53,362 nt of DNA from a virus (lineage: Duplodnaviria; Caudoviricetes): positions 1-53,362 of the IMG/VR virus record IMGVR_UViG_3300035670_000279; one strand, written 5' to 3'. The notes under the pieces are model-generated. The model was not told where the DNA came from and made no database searches. It saw only the letters and a program-made list of their open reading frames with translations. The translations under genes and the position numbers were made by a program. Shown here one piece after another: positions 37,979 through 45,761 of this stretch; within the stretch, counting starts at the first letter, position 1; each line of letters opens with the position of its first letter.

Positions 37979-38227
37979 ATGCCACTCAAGATGACAATTG
38001 TCTCCGGCCTGTTCGATGGGTTCAAACCGGCCATCATTGTGAACCTGCAGACCGGTGAGCGGATCCCGGTGTCGATGTGCAAACGCTGGGAAGGTGACCA
38101 CTCCTGCTGGGACACCTCCGACAGCAATGGCCAGCGCCGGATCTTCAAAGGCAACGGGCAGCACGCTTTCAGCGACCAGTTTGCGATCGTCAACTACTTC
38201 GTGGAGGAAGACCATGAACCTGCATAA
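37979..38227 (+). CDS. Hypothetical protein
   Basis: AAGGA RBS; first gene after a terminator/operator module. Confidence 0.6.
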   Translation: MPLKMTIVSGLFDGFKPAIIVNLQTGERIPVSMCKRWEGDHSCWDTSDSNGQRRIFKGNGQHAFSDQFAIVNYFVEEDHEPA

Positions 38228-38504
38228 CCCCACCCTTGGCCAGCTCGAGCGCCTGCATCTGCTTGGCTGCGATGTCACAGTCAACACCGGCGCCGCCAGC
38301 TTGCCGGCCACCGCTTCGACAGCTCTGAGTATCTCCTCCCTGGTGCATGCCGCCAGGGTTCACAGCCTGCGAGCCTACTGGCGGAGAATGCGCAAGGTGG
38401 ACCGCTGCATTGGCTTCGGACGCGAGGCGTTCTGGGAGAGCTACGTGTGCATGCGCTACCAGTGCCGCCAAGTCCTGCCGGCCCGCTGGTTCTGCCGTGT
38501 ATAG
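38214..38504 (+). CDS. Hypothetical protein
   Basis: GGAGG RBS before ATG 38214. Confidence 0.45.
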   Translation: MNLHNPTLGQLERLHLLGCDVTVNTGAASLPATASTALSISSLVHAARVHSLRAYWRRMRKVDRCIGFGREAFWESYVCMRYQCRQVLPARWFCRV

Positions 38505-38813
38505 CCGGATCGTGGCTCGGGTGATGGCGGAATACGACCAACACCTGGCCGATTGGCTGGCTGGGCTGACGCCTGAGCAGCTGGCCTGGCGGGAGGCCAA
38601 TGCGGCAGAGCCGTACCGCTCCCGCCGCCACAACACCATCGAGCATGAGCCGGCTGCTGTCGTGTACCGCTCGATCCACCCTTACGTTGGAGTGCGCCCA
38701 CTCCAGAGGAGGCAGCGATGACCGAGCTGGACTGGCTCCGCTTCGTGGCCGGCGTTGTTGCTGTCGCCGTCCTGGTGCTGCACTGCAGCGACTTTTTTGA
38801 ATGAGGACTTTGT

Positions 38814-39602
38814 ATGAAAAATGATTTGGAAACTCGCCTGCAAGCAGCGCTCGACGCCTGCGCACGGATGCAAGACCAGCGGGATGAAGCTCTCGCAGAA
38901 GCTCGCAAATTCAAACTCAACGGCCTGGCTATGGCAGCCTCACTGGGAGAGGCGCAGAGCACCAACAGTCAGCTGGCCGCCCAGCTCAAGGACGCCACCC
39001 GCCAGTGCGGGGTGATGGCGGATCTGCTGCGCCGTAGCAGGCCGATAATTGACGACAGGGCAGATTTCGGCCTGGTCGCCGGCAGACTGCTCCGTGACAT
39101 CGACGCTGCCCTGGCCGGCAAGATGCCGGAGCAGCACCCGGATGATGCTGCCGTTGACAGGTTCGCCGCAGCCATGAAAGCCAAACTGGCAGCAGCCAGG
39201 GAGAAGGGTCGAGGCGGCTGGGACGACCCCGATGCCTGCTCCGTCGAGTTACTGGCTGACCTGCTGGTGGGCCACATCGGCAAGGGAAACCCGGTCAACT
39301 TCGAGGACATAGCCAACCTAGCCATGATGCTTCACCAGCGCGGGGCGGATCCTGCTGTGCTGGCTGGGAAGATGCAGGATGTTGGCCTTCCGCTCCTAAG
39401 CCAGGATGAGAAGTATGCCCTGATGCGCTTCAAAGAGTGTTGCGATGATGGACAGGGGTACGACGTAGAAAAGGAAATGATGATCGCGTTAGCCAGCAAG
39501 GGCGCTTTGCATCATCGCTCCGCTGGTTACTACGAGATCACCGATGCTGGTATCGCCATGCTCGCCGCCACCCCGAAGCTGGAAGACAAGGGGGCCGCTT
39601 GA
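38814..39602 (+). CDS. Hypothetical mosaic phage protein (HPDDAAVDRFAAAMKAKL..GRGGW domain)
   Basis: GAGG RBS; domain motif common in temperate-phage early genes. Confidence 0.7.
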   Translation: MKNDLETRLQAALDACARMQDQRDEALAEARKFKLNGLAMAASLGEAQSTNSQLAAQLKDATRQCGVMADLLRRSRPIIDDRADFGLVAGRLLRDIDAALAGKMPEQHPDDAAVDRFAAAMKAKLAAAREKGRGGWDDPDACSVELLADLLVGHIGKGNPVNFEDIANLAMMLHQRGADPAVLAGKMQDVGLPLLSQDEKYALMRFKECCDDGQGYDVEKEMMIALASKGALHHRSAGYYEITDAGIAMLAATPKLEDKGAA

Positions 39603-39649
39603 ACATCGACATCAATAACCCGGACCGCAAGTATCGGGTGATCTACTAA
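39599..39649 (+). pseudogene. Truncated original 5' end of the MT-A70 methyltransferase
   Basis: (M)NIDINNPDRKYRVIY-stop versus MARIDINETNKKYRVIYCDPAW at 40160. Confidence 0.75.
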
Positions 39650-39696
39650 GAGTAAAGGGGTAAAGTATTCCACGTTTGATACACGTGGAATACTAT

Positions 39697-40173
39697 ATGA
39701 AGACATACAATTTAGATCTCGGGAAAGCAGGCGAGCACCTCTCAATTTTTGAACTACTTATGCAGGGTCATGTTGCATACCTAAGTGACCAAGGGCTGCC
39801 ATATGACATCGTTGTCGACTGTGGAGGAGCGCTTTTAAGAGGGCAGGTCCGCTCGACGATGGGTCACTCTGATTATGGAAAGTCGAAGTGTTGCTTGCGG
39901 TTTGGGACTCGAAACGGCAAAGGATCAAGCTCATTCGCAAACCAAAGCTCGTGCGATTTCTATGCGTTCGTGTCACTGACCGATAAACTTGTTGGCTTCT
40001 TCCATGTAAGCGAACTTGGAAGCGGAAAAATAAGTGGGAAAGTGAAGCAAACGGTAGACATACGCAGCAAAGATTCTGGTTACTGCCCCAAAAAGGGTGG
40101 AGGAAGGATGCTATTGATTGAGGACTATTCCATGTTTTCTCGCGTGGAGAAAATCCATAATGGCAAGAATTGA
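39697..40173 (+). CDS. PD-(D/E)XK homing-type endonuclease (group I intron-associated PDDEXK-like)
   Basis: GKAGE, PYDIVVD, GQVRST and DFYAFV motifs; AT-rich; RBS inside a hairpin. Confidence 0.75.
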   Translation: MKTYNLDLGKAGEHLSIFELLMQGHVAYLSDQGLPYDIVVDCGGALLRGQVRSTMGHSDYGKSKCCLRFGTRNGKGSSSFANQSSCDFYAFVSLTDKLVGFFHVSELGSGKISGKVKQTVDIRSKDSGYCPKKGGGRMLLIEDYSMFSRVEKIHNGKN

Positions 40174-40771
40174 TATTAATGAAACGAACAAGAAATACCG
40201 CGTTATCTACTGCGATCCAGCCTGGCAGTTCTCTAACCGCAACACCGGCGGCAGCATGACCAGCTCGGCCGAGGCGCACTATACCGTCACCAGCGTGAAG
40301 GATATGGCTGCGTTGCCGGTGGCGAACTTGGCGGATGATCACTGCCTGCTGGTCATGTGGTGGGTCGGGTCCATGCCGCAGGAGGCGATCGACCTGTGCC
40401 GCGCCTGGGGGTTCCGCTTGGTGAACATGAACGGCTTCGTGTGGCGCAAGCTGACCAAGAAGCAGGGGATCCCGGTGTTCGGTATGGGACACGCCACTCG
40501 GGCTGGTTCGGAGAGCGCGCTCATCGGTGTGCGCGGGAAGCTGGGGCAGCTCATCAAGGACAAGTCGGTGCGCTCTGTTATCGAGGCCCGCGTCGGCCGC
40601 CACAGCGAGAAGCCGCACGCCTTCCGTGAGGCGATCGAGAAGCTGTGCGGGGATGTGCCCCGGGTTGAGCTGTTCGCCCGCGCGGCTGCCACTGGCTGGG
40701 ACTGCTGGGGGGATCAGGCGCCGGGTCATGCAAACGACAACGTGCCGCCGGCGGATACTGCGGTGGCTTGA
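40160..40771 (+). CDS. MT-A70 family DNA adenine methyltransferase
   Basis: YRVIYCDPAW, AWGF, FVWRK, HSEKP, ELFAR and GWDCWG motifs. Confidence 0.92.
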   Translation: MARIDINETNKKYRVIYCDPAWQFSNRNTGGSMTSSAEAHYTVTSVKDMAALPVANLADDHCLLVMWWVGSMPQEAIDLCRAWGFRLVNMNGFVWRKLTKKQGIPVFGMGHATRAGSESALIGVRGKLGQLIKDKSVRSVIEARVGRHSEKPHAFREAIEKLCGDVPRVELFARAAATGWDCWGDQAPGHANDNVPPADTAVA

Positions 40772-40776
40772 GTAAC

Positions 40777-40803
40777 AACCCGGCTTCGGCCGGGTTTTTC
40801 TTT
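40777..40803 (+). terminator. Terminator
   Basis: AACCCGGC-TTCG-GCCGGGTT followed by a T run. Confidence 0.8.
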
Positions 40804-40862
40804 CCTAAACTATTTACATAGTAAACTTGCCAGCCTAAACTATTTACTAGGTAAACAACGGA

Positions 40863-41222
40863 GTGCCTGAAATGAAAAAGTTACTCGTCGCGTCGGCCAT
40901 GTTGCTTGCGCTGCCTTCCTCAGCATCGGCCTTCGAGCCGGAGCCGACCGTCTACACCACCCAAAGCGATCCTGGCCTCCAGCCGTTCTGCGTGACCCGC
41001 TCTAGCGCCGACCAGATCGCCGCTGCCGGGGTGTCTGCTGGCTTCCTGTTCATGCAGCTGCGCGACTGCCAGCTGGCTGAACCTGGCCAGCGCTACAAGG
41101 TCCAGACCCGCCGGCCGGATCTGGATCCCTCTCTCAACGTGCGCCGCGTGCACATCCTGGGGGACGATGGCCGCATGGCTGTCGCCGTTTGGTTCATCAC
41201 CGGCGTGGACAAGGAGGAATGA
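40863..41222 (+). CDS. Secreted/periplasmic hypothetical protein
   Basis: Sec signal peptide MKKLLVASAMLLALPSSASA. Confidence 0.7.
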   Translation: MPEMKKLLVASAMLLALPSSASAFEPEPTVYTTQSDPGLQPFCVTRSSADQIAAAGVSAGFLFMQLRDCQLAEPGQRYKVQTRRPDLDPSLNVRRVHILGDDGRMAVAVWFITGVDKEE

Positions 41223-42238
41223 TGGAACCTGTAGACTTCAACAAAGCACCGGAAGGTGCGACCCACTACCTGCGTTATGATAGCGGCTATGTTGTCTGGA
41301 TCTGCGTCGTCGAGGACGGCCCCAACGGCCTCCCGATCGTGAAGGAGTGGGACATCTTCAACCAGTACTGGGTGCCGGCCTGGTACCGTGATGTGGACGG
41401 CAAGCTGTTCGTCTGGCGCGACGGGAGCTGGCAGGCTGGCGCCTTCAAGAGCATTCCCGAGCTGGCCTCCAGCTGCATGCTGGGCAAGTTGATTCCCCTG
41501 GTGGAGGGGAAGGTTGAGCTGGAAACTGTTGCTGATTGGGCATTTAGGATGGGCATGAAGCCAGGCGTTAATCCAGTGAACGTGATGGCTAGGGCGATCT
41601 ATGAGGTAGAGCGAAAATCTGGACCTGTTGATCTATTCGCTGTCTGTCACAGGCTTCGGAATGCCTGCCGCGTCATGCGTGACCAACCTGGTGACTGCAA
41701 CACAGAGGGTGTGGACGCCGTCTACAAGGTATCGCGGGAGCTGCTCATCCAGCGCGATGCGCTGCCCGGTGACCTGAGCTCCAAGGCCCTGGTTGCTGCC
41801 GCTGCCGTGCAGCTGCTGCGCAACGAGCCTCACATGTTCTCCGCCAACGAGCTCGCAGACCTGCACCAGCTTTGCGATGCCGAGCTCACCAAGCGCGACG
41901 CTGCTGTCTGTGGTAGTGACAAGTATCTGGACGCGCACTGGTTCGAGCGCGGGGAGTTGCCGCCAGTGGGGACGAAGTGCGAATTCACCAGGAGCTGGTT
42001 CAAAGAATGGAAGTGGTGCGAAATTCTTTTCATGGGGAAATTTTCTCTTGTGATGAACACCGACAAGGTGAAGGAGCAGCGGTTCGCTCTTCATGACATC
42101 AAATTCCGCCCCATTAGCACCGAGCGCGATGAGCTGATCGAAGTTATCAAGACCACTTACGCCGCAGGCCTGACCAACCTTGATATGCTGGCGTCCGCCA
42201 TCCTGGCCGCCGGGTTCAAGCGCGGGGGTGCAGCATGA
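41219..42238 (+). CDS. Hypothetical mosaic phage protein
   Basis: APEGATHY N-terminus and GELPPVGTKCE module; AGGAGG RBS. Confidence 0.7.
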   Translation: MMEPVDFNKAPEGATHYLRYDSGYVVWICVVEDGPNGLPIVKEWDIFNQYWVPAWYRDVDGKLFVWRDGSWQAGAFKSIPELASSCMLGKLIPLVEGKVELETVADWAFRMGMKPGVNPVNVMARAIYEVERKSGPVDLFAVCHRLRNACRVMRDQPGDCNTEGVDAVYKVSRELLIQRDALPGDLSSKALVAAAAVQLLRNEPHMFSANELADLHQLCDAELTKRDAAVCGSDKYLDAHWFERGELPPVGTKCEFTRSWFKEWKWCEILFMGKFSLVMNTDKVKEQRFALHDIKFRPISTERDELIEVIKTTYAAGLTNLDMLASAILAAGFKRGGAA

Positions 42239-42486
42239 TCCCAGGTATCGCCCCATTCAGCGCGGCATTGCTGATCACGCCAACTAACAACTCGCGCGTG
42301 ATCTTGAACAACTGGTGGGTCATCGACGCTCATGGCAACGCTTTTATGCATGAGCGATTTGGCACCCCGCAATGCAACTCTCAGAGAGAGGTCTTAGAGC
42401 TGGTCTACCCTACCTATGAGCACCGGTTCATCTCCATCGCTTATTTCGACCCAGATAAGGCCTTATCCGGTGGAGGTGCAGCATGA
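42235..42486 (+). CDS. Hypothetical protein
   Basis: ATGA-coupled; PQCN motif. Confidence 0.6.
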   Translation: MIPGIAPFSAALLITPTNNSRVILNNWWVIDAHGNAFMHERFGTPQCNSQREVLELVYPTYEHRFISIAYFDPDKALSGGGAA

Positions 42487-42743
42487 CTATCGCCGAGCAA
42501 AACGAAAAGCTCCTTGCGCTCATTGGCGATCGCCAGATGACCGCCCAGGAGCTGGAGGCGGCCGGAGCCTGCCTCATCATCAATGGCCTGGCGCCGAACC
42601 TGCGGGGCCGGCTGGATAAGCTGGTCGCCGACGGGCGGCTGCGCAAGGTGAAGCTCGGCAGAGAACGCAAGCCGCAAGGCTCAGCACAATTCGGTCCCCG
42701 GAAGTGCCTGCTGGCCTTCGAGCGGGTTAAGGAGGAAGTGTGA
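42483..42743 (+). CDS. Hypothetical protein, possible winged helix
   Basis: MTAQEL..LDKLVADGRLRK pattern. Confidence 0.55.
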   Translation: MTIAEQNEKLLALIGDRQMTAQELEAAGACLIINGLAPNLRGRLDKLVADGRLRKVKLGRERKPQGSAQFGPRKCLLAFERVKEEV

Positions 42744-43153
42744 CCCAATTCGTTGAAGTGAAGACCGCCGAGCTGACCGGCCCGGCGCTGGACTGGGCGG
42801 TGGCGATAGCTACTCGGCAGGAATGCAGAACCGCCCGCTATGTCGCATTCGGCAAGGCTGTTGTTGTCGTCGAAGCTGGGTTAGGCGAAAGCCTCTCAAT
42901 GCTTCGAGGCCCGTTCTGCCCGTCCACCAACTGGGCGCAAGGGGGGCCGCTGATCGACTCTTACACCATCAAAGTCTCGAGCTACCCAAAGGAGAAAGGC
43001 GAAGGCCGCGCGGCTGCCAGACTGGCAATGAATGGCAAGGTGTACTGGCAAAGCGGTGACACCCCGCTGATAGCCATCTGCCGCGCCATAGTGGCCGCAG
43101 CGCTGGGCGACGTGGTGCATGTCCCGACTGAGCTGGTGGAGGTGGCATCATGA
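42740..43153 (+). CDS. NinX/DUF2591 family protein
   Basis: LTGPALDWAVA, PSTNWAQGGPLID and TPLIAICRAIV motifs. Confidence 0.8.
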   Translation: MTQFVEVKTAELTGPALDWAVAIATRQECRTARYVAFGKAVVVVEAGLGESLSMLRGPFCPSTNWAQGGPLIDSYTIKVSSYPKEKGEGRAAARLAMNGKVYWQSGDTPLIAICRAIVAAALGDVVHVPTELVEVAS

Positions 43154-43362
43154 TCGCCTTCCTCATGTTCTTCGCCTGGCTGGTGCTGATGCTGCTGCCA
43201 GTCGGGGTGGTGCTGTGCGGCTTCATGCTGATCTGGGCCAATTCCTGGGGCGGCAGCAACAGCTCGGCCGGCGCGATCGTCGTGCTGATCGGCTGCGTCG
43301 GCTGCTGGTGGTGGTGGGGCGTCAAGCCGTTTGAGATCGTATTTACGGGGGTGCTTGGGTGA
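43150..43362 (+). CDS. Small membrane protein
   Basis: Two TM segments; coupled start. Confidence 0.55.
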   Translation: MIAFLMFFAWLVLMLLPVGVVLCGFMLIWANSWGGSNSSAGAIVVLIGCVGCWWWWGVKPFEIVFTGVLG

Positions 43363-43550
43363 ATAGCAGACAGCTCAGGACATTAGCGGATCATCTCGAA
43401 GATCTCGCTGATAATATCCAGATTGAAGGTGGATGGCCTGTCATCATTGCCGGCGCTTTTGTGGCGTGTGCTGCTGGGTCATCTTGGGCTGGAATAGCGT
43501 TTCTTTTTGCCTACAAGATTTTCGCGCTGTACCGCCGGCGGCGTTCATGA
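43359..43550 (+). CDS. Small membrane protein
   Basis: GTGA-coupled; hydrophobic core and basic tail. Confidence 0.5.
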   Translation: MNSRQLRTLADHLEDLADNIQIEGGWPVIIAGAFVACAAGSSWAGIAFLFAYKIFALYRRRRS

Positions 43551-43762
43551 GCCTGGCCCTGCTGTTCCTGATGCGGGCCTACCTGCTGGTGTTCCCGCTT
43601 CTGGCCCTGGTGTGGGCTGGGCTGATGGTGGCGGCCATGCTTCATGGCTACCGCCTGGGGCTCGCCGCCAGTGCCCTGGTGGCTGCCAGCTGCATGCTCG
43701 GAGCCATTGGCTGGGGCTGGCTTGCCTGGCGTCAGCTGCCGCTGGTGATGGGAGTGGAGTGA
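43547..43762 (+). CDS. Small membrane protein
   Basis: ATGA-coupled MSLALLFL...; two TM segments. Confidence 0.5.
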   Translation: MSLALLFLMRAYLLVFPLLALVWAGLMVAAMLHGYRLGLAASALVAASCMLGAIGWGWLAWRQLPLVMGVE

Positions 43763-43983
43763 TGGCGAACATGGTGACACTGGCCGATGGCCGCCAGGTG
43801 CCCAGCGACTCGCGGGAGTGGTTGTTCGAGTGCGAAGCGTCCTATGTGCTTTCGCTCCCGCTCCCAGCTCGACGGGCCTTCCTGGAAGGTGTGGGGCACG
43901 ACCGCAAGCGCGGAGCAGCCGGCCGCAAGGCGCTCGAGGATCGCGTGCGTGCGCTCTGGAGTTTGCGAAAAGGAAAAAAGTAA
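43762..43983 (+). CDS. Hypothetical phage protein
   Basis: SREWLFECEA..RRAFLE..KRG pattern seen in many phages. Confidence 0.65.
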   Translation: MANMVTLADGRQVPSDSREWLFECEASYVLSLPLPARRAFLEGVGHDRKRGAAGRKALEDRVRALWSLRKGKK

Positions 43984-44043
43984 TTTACATTGCCTATATT
44001 ACGTTGTAAATTTTGACCAAGTAGAGGCGCGAAGGAAAAGACT

Positions 44044-44280
44044 ATGACTAAAGAACAGCGCCGGGCCGAGTTTGAAGAACTATTCAACACCATGCCCGGG
44101 AAACCGGTGGAGCGGATCCGGGCTATCTGTGAGATCCTGCACTGCAAAGAGATCACAGTTCGGATCTGGCGAACCAACGGCGAGAAGTCAGGCCGGGTGA
44201 TACCGGAACAGAAATTACAGATTTTGAAGGATGCTTTAGCCGCCCGTGCTCCTGCTGGCGAGCCGCTGTCTGTCGGGTAA
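44044..44280 (+). CDS. Small HTH-like regulator, candidate repressor/Cro
   Basis: ICEILHCKEITVRIWRT; operator-like palindrome directly upstream. Confidence 0.65.
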   Translation: MTKEQRRAEFEELFNTMPGKPVERIRAICEILHCKEITVRIWRTNGEKSGRVIPEQKLQILKDALAARAPAGEPLSVG

Positions 44281-44374
44281 CGCCGACCCCTATGGCACAT
44301 GGGGATAATGTGCAGGCCTGGGGTCGTTTCTCCCCCTTCATGCTGGTACCCGCGCCAGTGGCGACAGAGCGGGG

Positions 44375-44467
44375 CACAACTGAAGTTGCATTGTAGTTCA
44401 GCAGGTAGAACAGGCACGACGGTGCTATGTCGCCGGTTCGATTCCGGTCAGTGCAACCTCAGTTGTG
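44375..44467 (+). ncRNA. tRNA-like RNA with a 4-nt anticodon loop and extended acceptor stem
   Basis: Acceptor TGCATTG/CAGTGCA; D arm GTTC-AGCAGGTA-GAAC; arm GGCAC-GACG-GTGCT; T arm GCCGG-TTCGATT-CCGGT. Confidence 0.7.
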
Positions 44468-44584
44468 GTGAATGCGCACTTTAAGTGCGGGGCGAGCCAA
44501 CTCCAGCGGCCTGATTGAATGCGTAACGTGCTGGGGCAAAAGAGCGTAGGGAATCTAGCCTGGATAAGCTCCGGCCACCACAAC
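44462..44584 (+). ncRNA. Multi-hairpin small RNA closed by GTTGTGGTG/CACCACAAC
   Basis: Perfect 9-bp closing stem; internal hairpins CGCAC/GTGCG and GCC(T)GGA/TCCGGC. Confidence 0.5.
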
Positions 44585-44665
44585 AGCTTGACGGCACGCA
44601 GATGTGTAAGACCGACTCGGGTCGCCGTCCTTCCCGAGCCGCCGGATAAAGGTAACCGGCAACAT

Positions 44666-44740
44666 CGGAGATTCGGCAAGCGGTATGCCACCTCATTTGG
44701 GATGAGGGTTTCACAGGTTCGATCCCTGTATCTCCGACCA
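44666..44740 (+). tRNA. tRNA-Pro (TGG)
   Basis: CGGAGAT/ATCTCCG acceptor; GGCA/TGCC D stem; CCTCA-TTTGGGA-TGAGG anticodon arm; ACAGG-TTCGATC-CCTGT T arm; encoded CCA. Confidence 0.93.
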
Positions 44741-45043
44741 ACTTCCACCCGACAGGGAAGCAGACAGGAGGTGATCCTATCTCAAGCCGGTGGCATTCCG
44801 GTACGCTCCGAGCACGGTCGGCAGATAGCGCGACGAGCACACAACCACATGCACCCTGCCGGTGGCTCCGCACTGGTTCATGGAGCTGAGCGCCACGGGT
44901 CGAGGTATTGCCGACGTGGTGTAGGGTGCAGCTGGTTGTGGTGAGCACCATGCCATCAGCTGCGTGCAGCCGGCAGGCGCCGATAGTCAATCGTAGGACG
45001 CCACGACAACAACGATACTTAAACAATTCACGAGGAAACGATT

Positions 45044-45484
45044 ATGTTCAAACGTCTTTTTGGCGGCAAAGCTGCCGCAGCCCGTACCGAGATCAAAAAG
45101 TTCGAGCGTCGCGACCTGATGGAAGCGCTGGTGGGCGGCTGCCTCCTGGTGTCCTTCGCCGACGGTGAGTGCGAAGAAGCCGAGGTCAAGAAGGTCGAGG
45201 GCCTGCTGCGCACCAACAAGGCGCTGGAAGGCTTCGGCGCCGAGCTCAACGATACCGTGAACCGCTTCCGGGATCGCCTGAACACCGGCTATCGCACCGC
45301 CCGCGCCGAGATCCTGCGCGAGATCGAAGAAGTGAAGCATGTGCGCAACGACGCCGAGGACGTGCTGCTCAACATGCTGGAAGTGGCCGAGGCCGACGGT
45401 GAGGTGGAGCCGGCGGAAATGAAAGAGCTAAAGGAAGTCGCCGGCCGCCTGGGTCTGCGCCTCGAGGACTACTACAGTGCTTAA
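45044..45484 (+). CDS. TerB-family protein
   Basis: LVSFADGECEEAE and VAEADGEVEPAE acidic motifs. Confidence 0.85.
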   Translation: MFKRLFGGKAAAARTEIKKFERRDLMEALVGGCLLVSFADGECEEAEVKKVEGLLRTNKALEGFGAELNDTVNRFRDRLNTGYRTARAEILREIEEVKHVRNDAEDVLLNMLEVAEADGEVEPAEMKELKEVAGRLGLRLEDYYSA

Positions 45485-45644
45485 TCGCTTTCGGCTGGTC
45501 CTGGCGCTTGCCTTGTCTTTCCTGGTGGTGGCGGTGGACTTCTCCTCGAAGCTGCTCTCCATCGCTGCTGACGGCCTGCTGGTTGGTGTCTGCGTGATGG
45601 TTCTGTGGCCACTACTCAAACCGACCGATAAGCCGAAGCAATAG
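45477..45644 (+). CDS. Small membrane protein (DUF3927-like), usual neighbour of phage TerB
   Basis: GTG start overlapping the TerB end; FLVVAVDFSSKLLSIAADG..LWPLLK (absent from the ORF track). Confidence 0.7.
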   Translation: MLNRFRLVLALALSFLVVAVDFSSKLLSIAADGLLVGVCVMVLWPLLKPTDKPKQ

Positions 45645-45761
45645 CCCCGCTATCTGCTTAACAGAAGCCAGCCATGTGCGGGCTTTTCTTTTGCCTACTT
45701 GCAAGTATTGGCGCTAGTGCGCTAGTATTGGCGCACGGATAAACTATTTACGGGGTAAATA

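Noticed and set aside
25880..42486. Several early proteins ending in GGAA or GAA as possible ClpX degrons
   Set aside because: For most, explained equally well by the overlapping RBS and coupled start of the next gene (for example GGTGCAGCATGA).
44741..44765. Possible tRNA-associated HDV-like (theta) ribozyme after tRNA-Pro
   Set aside because: The tRNA already encodes CCA, the trailer does not start with G, and I could not build the nested double pseudoknot.
44425..45026. Overlapping ORFs called on both strands across the RNA array
   Set aside because: They overlap a clear tRNA, lack good RBSs and show no protein motifs.
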